NCBI GenBank assembly: GCA_964432825.1
Contig: CAYSOX010000001.1
Coordinates: 781-64,780, forward strand
DNA from: an uncultured Lachnospiraceae bacterium
GTDB taxonomy: Bacteria; Bacillota; Clostridia; Christensenellales; UBA1242
Length of the DNA stretch: 64,000 nt
Reading direction: 5' to 3'
This document shows, in pieces, positions 47,207-55,249 of this stretch. Position 1 is the stretch's first letter, and each line of letters begins with the position of its first letter. The position numbers and the translations under genes are program-made. The notes beneath the pieces were generated by a model. It saw only the letters and a list, made by a program, of their open reading frames with translations. It did not search any database and was not told the origin of the DNA.

Positions 47207-48535
47207 GTGTTACAAAGAAAGATTGAAAAGCAAATTACCGATTATTTAACATCCAATTCTAATAAGATAATGATTATAGAGGGAGCAAGGCAGGTTGGAA
47301 AGTCTTTTATAATAAGACATATTGCAAAAAATGTATTAACAAACAAGTTCAAAAATTATATAGAAATCAATTTTGTTGAAGACGATTTGGGTGAAAAAAT
47401 ATTCAAAAATGTTAACAATAAAGACGATTTTTACTTGCAACTTAGTATGATTGCGGGTGATAGGATGGGTGATAAAAGCGATACCCTTATTTTTATTGAT
47501 GAAATTCAACAATACCCACAATTTTTAACAATGCTAAAATTTTTGAAACAAGACGACAAATTTACATATATTTGTAGTGGTTCGCTTTTAGGTGTTACCC
47601 TTGCAAAAACTACTTCTATTCCAATTGGAAGTATAGATATTGTAAAGATGTACCCGCTAGATTTCGAAGAGTTTTTGCTAGCAAATGGTTTCAATAATTT
47701 TGCAATTGAAACAATGAGAACTAAGTTCCTAAATTTTGAAGCATTGGATGAATCCGTACATGCCAAGGTTATTGATATGTTTAAAAAATATCTTTTAATA
47801 GGCGGTTTGCCAGATGCGGTAAATAGTTTTATAGAAAGAAAAAACATTGCCGAAGTTCGAAAAATTCAATCGGATATTTGCGATTATTACGGCGACGACG
47901 CCTCAAAGTATGATATTCAGCAAAAATTAAAAATCAAACGCATTTACGACTTAATTCCTTCAACACTTGAAAATAAGAAAAAACGCATTGTAATTCAAGA
48001 TATTGAAAATATAAAAGGCAAAAGGGTAGGTTCTTACCAAGACGAGTTTGACTATTTAATCAATTCAGGTATCGCCCTAGAGGTTAAAGCCCTATCTACT
48101 CCAATATTTCCGCTGATTGAATCAAGTGGCAAAAACTTGCTAAAACTATATCTTAACGATGTAGGACTACTCACAAACATCCTGTATAAAACCAATATAA
48201 ATGCAATTTTAAAAGACGAAAACAGCATAAATTTAGGCACTTTATATGAATCTGTTGTGGCGAGCGAACTAAAAGCCCATGGTCACAAGTTGTTTTATTA
48301 TGACAATAAAGCCAATGGTGAGGTGGATTTTTTGATTGACGACTATCAAAATTTGTCAGTGTTACCAATCGAGGTAAAGTCGGGTAAAAATTATACCGTG
48401 CATAGTGCTATCAATAAATTTTTAGCAAACAAAGATTACAATGTAAAAAATGGGGTAGTCCTTTCCAACGAACGCAAAGTGTTTGAAAAAGAGGGAATTA
48501 AATATATGCCAATATATTACATAATGTTTTTCTAA
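47207..48535 (+). CDS. AAA-type ATPase with DUF4143-like C-terminal region
   Basis: Walker A GARQVGKSF and Walker B LIFIDEIQ. The GTG at 47207 lies 8 nt after ggagagg; the ORF opens at 47186. Confidence 0.8.
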   Translation: MLQRKIEKQITDYLTSNSNKIMIIEGARQVGKSFIIRHIAKNVLTNKFKNYIEINFVEDDLGEKIFKNVNNKDDFYLQLSMIAGDRMGDKSDTLIFIDEIQQYPQFLTMLKFLKQDDKFTYICSGSLLGVTLAKTTSIPIGSIDIVKMYPLDFEEFLLANGFNNFAIETMRTKFLNFEALDESVHAKVIDMFKKYLLIGGLPDAVNSFIERKNIAEVRKIQSDICDYYGDDASKYDIQQKLKIKRIYDLIPSTLENKKKRIVIQDIENIKGKRVGSYQDEFDYLINSGIALEVKALSTPIFPLIESSGKNLLKLYLNDVGLLTNILYKTNINAILKDENSINLGTLYESVVASELKAHGHKLFYYDNKANGEVDFLIDDYQNLSVLPIEVKSGKNYTVHSAINKFLANKDYNVKNGVVLSNERKVFEKEGIKYMPIYYIMFF

Positions 48536-48627
48536 GTCCAAAACTTTTTCGGAACCTCTTTGCATATTCGCGTCTTTTTATAAAAAGTGCCGAAGTAAAA
48601 TGTTCCGCCCTACTGGGGTTGAAACCT

Positions 48628-48823
48628 GAATGGGTGATATTTCATAATTTCCCCGATAAATGTAAAATGTACAAATGCACCACAAATAAATTTGTGATGC
48701 ACGGGTCGGATAGTATCCGTCCCGCACACCCGCCACAAAATGTGGCGGGTGTCTTCGTGCTAATTATAATCTTCGTACCAATTATAATGAAAGAACATTA
48801 AAACTTTGCGGGTGTCTTCGTAC
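48628..48823 (+). repeat. ~200-bp dispersed repeat, copy R1 (partner at 58758-58966)
   Basis: gatatttcataatttccccgataaatgtaaaatgtacaaa ... cgtcccgcacacccgccacaaaatgtggcgggtgtcttcgtgctaattataatcttcgtaccaattataatgaaagaa ... gcgggtgtcttcgt. Near-identical blocks occur in R2 in the same order and orientation. Confidence 0.85.
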
Positions 48824-48857
48824 ATTTAATATTTTATATAAAACACAACCAATTTTA

Positions 48858-49068
48858 AACAACCCTAATATAGCATCCAACCCCAGTAAGTTTATCCGGC
48901 TTAGGTGGGAGGAACATTCTTGTAGGGGACGGGTAGTACCCGTCCCGCACACCCGCCACAAAATGTGGCGGGTGTCTTTGTGCGAATAATAAAAGGATAA
49001 TTAATGTTTAACAACCCCAATACAGCATTCAACCCCAGTAAGTTTATCCGGCTTAGGTGGGTGGAACA
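48858..49068 (+). repeat. two 60-nt direct copies (48858-48917, 49009-49068) flanking a REP double hairpin (48920-48982)
   Basis: aacaacccYaataYagcatYcaaccccagtaagtttatccggcttaggtgggWggaacatt occurs twice. Between the copies lies tgtaggggacgggtagtacccgtcccgcacacccgccacaaaatgtggcgggtgtctttgtgc. Confidence 0.85.
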
Positions 49069-49247
49069 TTAGACCGCCGAAAAAAAGTTCATCCGGGCAG
49101 GTGGGCGGAATAAATAAAAATTTTTCAAAAAAATTTCAAAAATGGCTTTTTTTATTTGGAGAACATTTTTTTATTTTGTATAATGTTATCGTAATATAGT
49201 TACTGGAGGTAGTCCATACTAAGATAGAAAGGAGATGGCAAAAGCAT

Positions 49248-50063
49248 ATGATGGGTTTTCAGACTAAAATAATAACATGCTTTCTATCAATATTGGGTTG
49301 TGTCAGTGTTATGACAACCGGTGTTGTCGCTATATTATATCAAAATGACTTGCTTTTAATGAATAGTGAAACTATTGAAATGCAAGCCACATCAGGTAAA
49401 CTATATGTAATGCGTTTTGGGGCGGGATATTACGATATCTATGATAAAGAAAATTCCACAACCAAAAAACAACAGCCTTTGCTTCTTTTTGATGATAGCG
49501 AACTAGTTGACCAATCATTATATAATGACTTCTTATCAAATGTCACTTTCGCCCCTCAAACCGAACAAAGTTCTGAGCGTAAAATAGAGTACCTCTTTAA
49601 ATACGAACTTAATATGCTAAGTGAGGAAATTATTTATATAGCATTGGTAAATGAAAAACTCAACCAAATAAATGCTATAACTCGGGAAGACTTAGGAACT
49701 CCTTCCAAAATGTATCAAGCATCTTACCGCTTTGCATTCACCGAAGATGAGCCCGATAGTTGGTCAGACAATACTTCAATGGTATTATCTGAATATGATT
49801 TGTCCAATAAGGATAACTTCATCACCCTAGACCCCGAAGAAAATCCCGTCGTGTGGATTCGTTGTTCCCTCACACCAAAACAAAATTATGGTATAGAAAC
49901 AAGTTCAAATACTAATACTAGTGATGATGGAGCCACTTGGAAAGATGAAACTTCCGATTCAAGAGAATTCAATTCAAGCGTTTGGTCATTCACTCTTTAT
50001 TTCGGTAATGAACTCCAAACTCTAGACCAAAAGTTAACTTCCGAACAAAGCCCTAGCAATTAA
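49248..50063 (+). CDS. secreted/anchored hypothetical protein (271 aa) with TasA/SipW-type-looking signal region
   Basis: N-terminal hydrophobic segment ending ..VMTTGVVAILYQND. Extended -10 tgtataat at 49177-49184. No enzymatic motif. Confidence 0.7.
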   Translation: MMGFQTKIITCFLSILGCVSVMTTGVVAILYQNDLLLMNSETIEMQATSGKLYVMRFGAGYYDIYDKENSTTKKQQPLLLFDDSELVDQSLYNDFLSNVTFAPQTEQSSERKIEYLFKYELNMLSEEIIYIALVNEKLNQINAITREDLGTPSKMYQASYRFAFTEDEPDSWSDNTSMVLSEYDLSNKDNFITLDPEENPVVWIRCSLTPKQNYGIETSSNTNTSDDGATWKDETSDSREFNSSVWSFTLYFGNELQTLDQKLTSEQSPSN

Positions 50064-50225
50064 CTTTAGTAGCAACTATTGTTCACATTAATCTCGGTAA
50101 CAAATGTTAAATTTTACTTAAAACCTATCTTGGGCGAAGAGGATAGGGTATACAAAAGAAAATTAAACATTAGGTTACATAAATTAAAATCAAAAAAATT
50201 AAAAATTTTAATAAGGAGAAAAAAA

Positions 50226-51542
50226 ATGAAATTAAAAAGCAAACTAATTGCGACTATCGTATCTATGTGTGCAGCAATCGCAGTTATGGGTGTTGGTGTT
50301 TGGGCTTCTACAGCACAAAGTTTCTCTTTGACAGTTAACAATGACGTAGATGTTAAAATTATCGGTGTAAACGCGGATATTTATGGTGAATTTGCTGTTT
50401 ATAGCCAATTTACAGGTCACACTACAGCTAGTGAAACTAATACATTTGCTGCAAAGTATGGTGCAACTGCAGTTGATGGTTATACTTCTCGTGAAGGATA
50501 TGACCATGGTTATCTTTTGTATGCTCAGAACATCGGTGTTAACGATGGTAAGAGAAATACTTATGATCCAACAACTGGAACATACGGCGGAAATGATTCG
50601 GAAGGTGCGGCTTTAGGCTATGGATATGATAAGTACATTAATGAAACTAAGAACAATGTTTATTTAGCAAGTTCTAATGGAACATTAGTAAATAATAATA
50701 CTAGCCCAGAAGGAACTCAAAACCTTCGTACTGGTACAGGCACACAATCTTATGACAATATCTACAATGTTGACTTTACAACACACCAAGCCCAAGTTAC
50801 ATATTTGTATACAATTAATCAATGGGCTGAAACATCTGGAAATAACGCTATTTATACAGATATTTCAATTAATTTAAGTAGTGATTTAATTGATGCAATA
50901 AATGGAACTGTGAAAAATGGTGCAAATGCACAATTTAGACCTTATGTTTATGTTGGTAAAGTTGGTGAAGGTTGGTATCAACAAAATATGACGGTTGCTA
51001 ACAATGTAGCAACTACTAAGTTCGAAATTCCTTCAGACGCTGAAAATGATCAAGTATACTATGTATTATTGACATTTACATTTGCAAGAAACAATGCAAA
51101 CTTGGATTTGAGTTCTTTAAGAGATGCATTAAATCACTCTATTGAATTCAAGGCAGAGGTTTCTGAGACTTATAATTCATACAAAGCAGCTGGTCAAGGT
51201 TCAAGCGTTTATATGTACACAGCAAATGCTAATGATACAGCCCAAAATGGTGGTTGTAAAATTACTGGAGAGTCATGGAACATTGATGCTTCCAAAACAA
51301 CCGATATCTCAACTCAAATTTCTGGAGTTGCATATAATGATGCAAGATTAAAGAATTGTTTTGCTTTAGAAACCGAAGATACAACAACATCGCATTTGCC
51401 AAATGGTTTCCTTTATACTGGAACTAGCGCAGAAGATTCAACACCTCACGCAAGCGCATGGACTTGGCTAATTGACCTTAACCAAGGTAAGAGAACTGCT
51501 TCATTTGGAAATGGTTTCGATACGACTGGCAATGGGGATTAG
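50226..51542 (+). CDS. secreted T/N/G/Y-rich protein (438 aa) with TasA/SipW-type-looking signal peptide
   Basis: The ATG at 50226 follows aaggag. MKLKSKLIATIVSMCAAIAVMGVGVWASTAQSF resembles the TasA signal ..LALVGGGTWAAFND. By eye, codon usage is ggt/gct/act/aac-rich, like rpoA and rplQ. Confidence 0.8.
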   Translation: MKLKSKLIATIVSMCAAIAVMGVGVWASTAQSFSLTVNNDVDVKIIGVNADIYGEFAVYSQFTGHTTASETNTFAAKYGATAVDGYTSREGYDHGYLLYAQNIGVNDGKRNTYDPTTGTYGGNDSEGAALGYGYDKYINETKNNVYLASSNGTLVNNNTSPEGTQNLRTGTGTQSYDNIYNVDFTTHQAQVTYLYTINQWAETSGNNAIYTDISINLSSDLIDAINGTVKNGANAQFRPYVYVGKVGEGWYQQNMTVANNVATTKFEIPSDAENDQVYYVLLTFTFARNNANLDLSSLRDALNHSIEFKAEVSETYNSYKAAGQGSSVYMYTANANDTAQNGGCKITGESWNIDASKTTDISTQISGVAYNDARLKNCFALETEDTTTSHLPNGFLYTGTSAEDSTPHASAWTWLIDLNQGKRTASFGNGFDTTGNGD

Positions 51543-51690
51543 TTTAAAGGTTATTAACTTGTTCTAAACAAGTATAAAAATTAGAAAATCAAACAAACAG
51601 GTGGCGGGGAATAGAGGATAAATCCTCAAATTCCCCAACCTCTGTTCTAAATTATAATTTAGAATAGTTCAAAAACTATTAAATCAATTA

Positions 51691-51730
51691 AAAACCTATA
51701 CTTTCGTTCGCCCGAAAGTATAGGTTTTTA
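51691..51730 (+). terminator. intrinsic terminator downstream of the 50226 gene
   Basis: aaaacctatactttcg / cgaaagtataggtttt 16-bp stem followed by ta-tata. Confidence 0.75.
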
Positions 51731-51868
51731 TATACACAAAACAAAAAACAAAACTCTCATTCGTTTGCCCGATTGAGTAGTTTTTTTATCTTTATTTAAT
51801 TGTGTTTAAGTAATATAATATGACACAATAGAATGGCGACACTAGTAGTTTTGCTTGAATTTTATGAG

Positions 51869-51991
51869 AAAAATTCACAAAACAGGTTGCTGGTAGTATT
51901 ATTACACCAGCGTTCTATTTTGGGTGTTTTTTCATAAAAGGCGAGTAAAACTACGGCTAATTGGTGCCGGCGGTTCGGGTAGACCGCCGGA
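51869..51991 (+). repeat. composite intergenic element copy E4
   Basis: cacaaaacagg..GCTGGTagtattattaCACCAGC..ctattttgggtgtttttt, then cataaaaggcgagtaaaactacggctaat, then ccggcggttcgggtagaccgccgg. Confidence 0.7.
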
Positions 51992-52100
51992 ACAACCCTG
52001 TTCGCCCGTTGATGTTTTTTAATGTGTAACTTTATTGTAACAATTGCCCAAATTACAGGTTTAACCCCCGTGGGCGAACTGTCGATAAAATTCGATATTT

Positions 52101-52159
52101 TGTAGGGGACGGATTCTATCCGTCCCGTGTATCAAAACAAAGTTTTGATGTCTTTGTGC
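52101..52159 (+). repeat. REP-like double hairpin (GTAG head)
   Basis: tgtaggggacggattctatccgtccc, then atcaaaacaaagttttgat, then gtctttgtgc. Confidence 0.75.
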
Positions 52160-52199
52160 ATTTAATATATTTTATTATCTTATTATATATTTGTAATTC

Positions 52200-52263
52200 G
52201 TACAAAGACACCCGCCAAAATATATGGCGGGCGTGCGGGTCGGGTAGTACCCGACCCCTACAT
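52200..52263 (-). repeat. REP-like double hairpin, inverted partner of 52101-52159 (BIME-like pair)
   Basis: The reverse complement reads tgtaggggtcgggtactacccgacccgcacgcccgccatatattttggcgggtgtctttgtac. Confidence 0.75.
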
Positions 52264-52570
52264 TATATTATTCCGCCCGTCCTTGTTTCAAGCGGTCGGA
52301 ATGTAATTTACTTAATTACGATTATTATAATCTAAATCTACTAAATTTTATGCAAAAACCTTAGTTAAGGGGGTAAATTTCGTAAAATTTTTAAAATATA
52401 CCCCCTTAACTTGCATTTTTGCTTAAATATGTAATCTTAAGACTATTTTATATATTTTTTAAATTCGAAATTTACTGTGTGAGTGGTTGTGTTTATGATT
52501 ATATATCATAGTTTTGACAATGTTAAAAGCACAAAATTGCAAAAATTTTACAAAAATAATGTTTTAACTA

Positions 52571-52599
52571 TTGACTTTTGTGCATAATATTAGTAAAAT
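52571..52599 (+). promoter_or_regulatory. sigma-70-type promoter of the ATPase-RloB pair
   Basis: TTGACT, 17-nt spacer, TAAAAT, 25 nt before the start codon. Confidence 0.5.
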
Positions 52600-52623
52600 A
52601 TAATAAAAGAGAGGGAAAACGGA

Positions 52624-53913
52624 ATGTTAGTAAATTTCAGATTTCAAAATTGTCGTTCGTTTTATAATGAAAACCAATTGAGTTTACAGGCGACAAATGA
52701 TGACGAGTTAAAGGATATTAACACATTTGAGATTTCTCCAACCTTATTTAATAAAAACGAGAACAATCATTTGTTAAAAAGTTCTGTAATTTTTGGGTGC
52801 AATGCGTCTGGTAAATCAAATGTAATTAAGGCTTTATCTTATATGTATAATGCTGTTAGATTATCTTCTGCGATGAATATAATTGAAACCAATAATTATT
52901 TTTTATTCTATGATGAATCATATAATAAAGAATCGTTGTATGAGGTAGAGATTATACAAAATGGTGTTTTGTATACATATGGTTTTACAATTTTACAGCA
53001 AAAAGTGCAAAAAGAGTGGTTATATAAAAGAGTTGAGCGGAATTCAAAGGTGTTTGAAAGGAATGGTAATAAAGTTGAAATTTCTGGCAATAAAGCAGCG
53101 GTTTCATTGATAAGAGTTCCGGATAGTGCCTTGTTTTTATCAATTGGTATGAATTTTAACCTTACAATTGCATCAAATTTAAAAGATGTTTTGGATTGGT
53201 TTAATAATTTAATTATTGTTTTTGAAGATAGGATAAATATATTGGATATTTATTCTGTTGATAACAAAAAATATAAACATTTAGCACTTGAAATATTAAA
53301 GAAAGCAGATATTGGCGTAACTGATATGAATGTAGTAAAAGATAAAGTTGCGGATTTAAAATCATTAAATGATGTTCTAAATTTTAATGTTTCATTGCAA
53401 ACAAACAAGAGAAGATTTGGACAACTTAAGCAAGAAGACCAAAATATGTATAATATAGACCTTGATACTAGTTTTAATGTTTATAATAACAGAAACGAAA
53501 AGGTGAGGGATTTTGATGTTTTGTTATACAGGGATGCGGGGTTTCATTCTGAGGGAACAATAAGGCTGGTAAATTATTTGGGGCTTATTTTGGCTGCTCT
53601 TGATACGGGTAGGGTGATTTTGATGGATGAAATTGATTCAAAATTACATTTCTTAGTAGTAGATTATTTATTAAAGATGTTTAATTCTATTGACAAAAAT
53701 CCACATAACGCACAACTTGTTTGCACTGCACATAATTGTTTGCTTATGGATGAGGATTTAAGGCGTGATCAAATATATTTCACAAGTAAAGATTCTGTTG
53801 GTGTAAGCACATTAGTTTCGCTTTCGGATTTTAATGGTGTGCGAAAGAATGATTTGTTTAGCAAAAAGTATTTGGCGGGGTTTTATTCTATGCTCCCAGA
53901 ATTCGATAATTAA
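52624..53913 (+). CDS. AAA15/AAA21-type ATPase, AbiLi-like (OLD-family ATPase module without nuclease)
   Basis: MLVNFRFQNCRSF start, Walker A GCNASGKSN, Walker B ILMDEIDSKLH and CTAHN. RBS gagagggaaaacgg. Confidence 0.85.
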   Translation: MLVNFRFQNCRSFYNENQLSLQATNDDELKDINTFEISPTLFNKNENNHLLKSSVIFGCNASGKSNVIKALSYMYNAVRLSSAMNIIETNNYFLFYDESYNKESLYEVEIIQNGVLYTYGFTILQQKVQKEWLYKRVERNSKVFERNGNKVEISGNKAAVSLIRVPDSALFLSIGMNFNLTIASNLKDVLDWFNNLIIVFEDRINILDIYSVDNKKYKHLALEILKKADIGVTDMNVVKDKVADLKSLNDVLNFNVSLQTNKRRFGQLKQEDQNMYNIDLDTSFNVYNNRNEKVRDFDVLLYRDAGFHSEGTIRLVNYLGLILAALDTGRVILMDEIDSKLHFLVVDYLLKMFNSIDKNPHNAQLVCTAHNCLLMDEDLRRDQIYFTSKDSVGVSTLVSLSDFNGVRKNDLFSKKYLAGFYSMLPEFDN

Positions 53914-53921
53914 GGAGGGGT

Positions 53922-54548
53922 ATGGCTAGGAGACAAGAGTTTTTAAAGGTAAGAGATGTTTTTTATATTTTAACCAATGGTGAATGTTCGGAAATGAATT
54001 ATTTCGAGTTGATTAAGTCTAGAAAGAGTATATATGATGTTAAAGTGAAATATCTCAATGCAGACCCAGTTGGCTTGGTGAAATTTGCTATTGGCTTGGC
54101 GAAAGATGTGAACCAGGTTTGGTGTGTTTTTGACATAGATAATACTTTCAATGATAATAGGCTTATTTCTGCCATAAATTTGGCAAAGTCAGAACACAAT
54201 ATACATTTAGCTTTTTCGAATACGGCATTCGAAGTTTGGTTGTTGTCGCACTTTCATAAAATAACTAAACCTTTAAACAATAACGAGTTAATAGAAGAAA
54301 TGAATAGTTTATTAAAGAATGAGTTGAATTTACATTGTAAGTATAATAAAGGTGATAAAAATCTAATTAAAAAGTATTTTATACCACAAATTGATAAAGC
54401 GTTGTTAAATACTAAGGTTGGATATCAAAAATTTGTAAAAGAACATTATGAACAATATCCACAAAACGATAATTACCAAATTTGGGAATGGAATCCTTGT
54501 TCAAATATCTTTATGTTAATAGAGGCATTAAAACTGCAAAAAAGATAA
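53922..54548 (+). CDS. RloB-like protein, AbiLii-like
   Basis: ILTNGECSEMNYF, VWCVFDID and LAFSNTAFEVWLLSHF match the RloB pattern. Starts 8 nt after the ATPase stop, with RBS aggagggg. Confidence 0.85.
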   Translation: MARRQEFLKVRDVFYILTNGECSEMNYFELIKSRKSIYDVKVKYLNADPVGLVKFAIGLAKDVNQVWCVFDIDNTFNDNRLISAINLAKSEHNIHLAFSNTAFEVWLLSHFHKITKPLNNNELIEEMNSLLKNELNLHCKYNKGDKNLIKKYFIPQIDKALLNTKVGYQKFVKEHYEQYPQNDNYQIWEWNPCSNIFMLIEALKLQKR

Positions 54549-54576
54549 AAACAAGTTTCTGACTCACTTAATTATA

Positions 54577-54609
54577 GGTAGGCGATATATTTTCGTCTAC
54601 CTTATTTTT
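54577..54609 (+). terminator. intrinsic terminator after the RloB-like gene
   Basis: ggtaggcga / tcgtctacc stem followed by ttattttt. Confidence 0.75.
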
Positions 54610-55249
54610 GATTTATGATCTTGCGAAAAGTGTTTAATTTCAAAATTAATTTTGTGTAAAAATAGTCACAAAATGGGGAAGTTTTTCAAAAAAATTTTAA
54701 CTTTTTTTCAAAACCGCCCATAAATATTTGTTATATAATTATTAATTATGGTACAATTACAATGTAAAAATAAAATCAATATAAAATTTGGCAAAATTTA
54801 ACTTTTTTTGCAATTTTTGGTTTTGTTTTGTACAAACTACTAGTGTAACAATTTGGTTGTTATCTCTAGTTTTTATAACTAAAATTTATTAACATTATCT
54901 GGCGACGGTTTGTGATTTTTTTACCGAGTTAAAGTAGGCGAAATGCTTTAATTTGCTTAAAAAGTTTTGCAAAATTGTTTAAAGGTATTTAGTAAATTTT
55001 AATAATTTTAGGTAGTTTTAGATTTCAAAGACCTAAAAAGTAAGAGGTTTTATTAGACGATTGGGGAAGGGTTTTGTACACCCAATTTGTTCGAGATAAT
55101 TGTTCTTACTGAACTATAGAAAGTTTTATCAAGAAAAGTCGAGAAAAAAGTCGAAAATTTACTAAGCCTAAATTATCATACAGTCTTAAATCTTAATCAT
55201 TAATCGTAAACATAAGCCGAAATGTGATAGATTTATAGGTTAGGAGACT

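Noticed and set aside
48619-48801. Small ORFs lying on repeat elements or RNA genes (48619-48801, 58439-58654, 23753-23944, 36888-37088, 44572-44911).
   Set aside because: They coincide with REP hairpins, the tRNA or structured terminators. Their translations are Arg/Pro/Gly-rich readings of GC palindromes.
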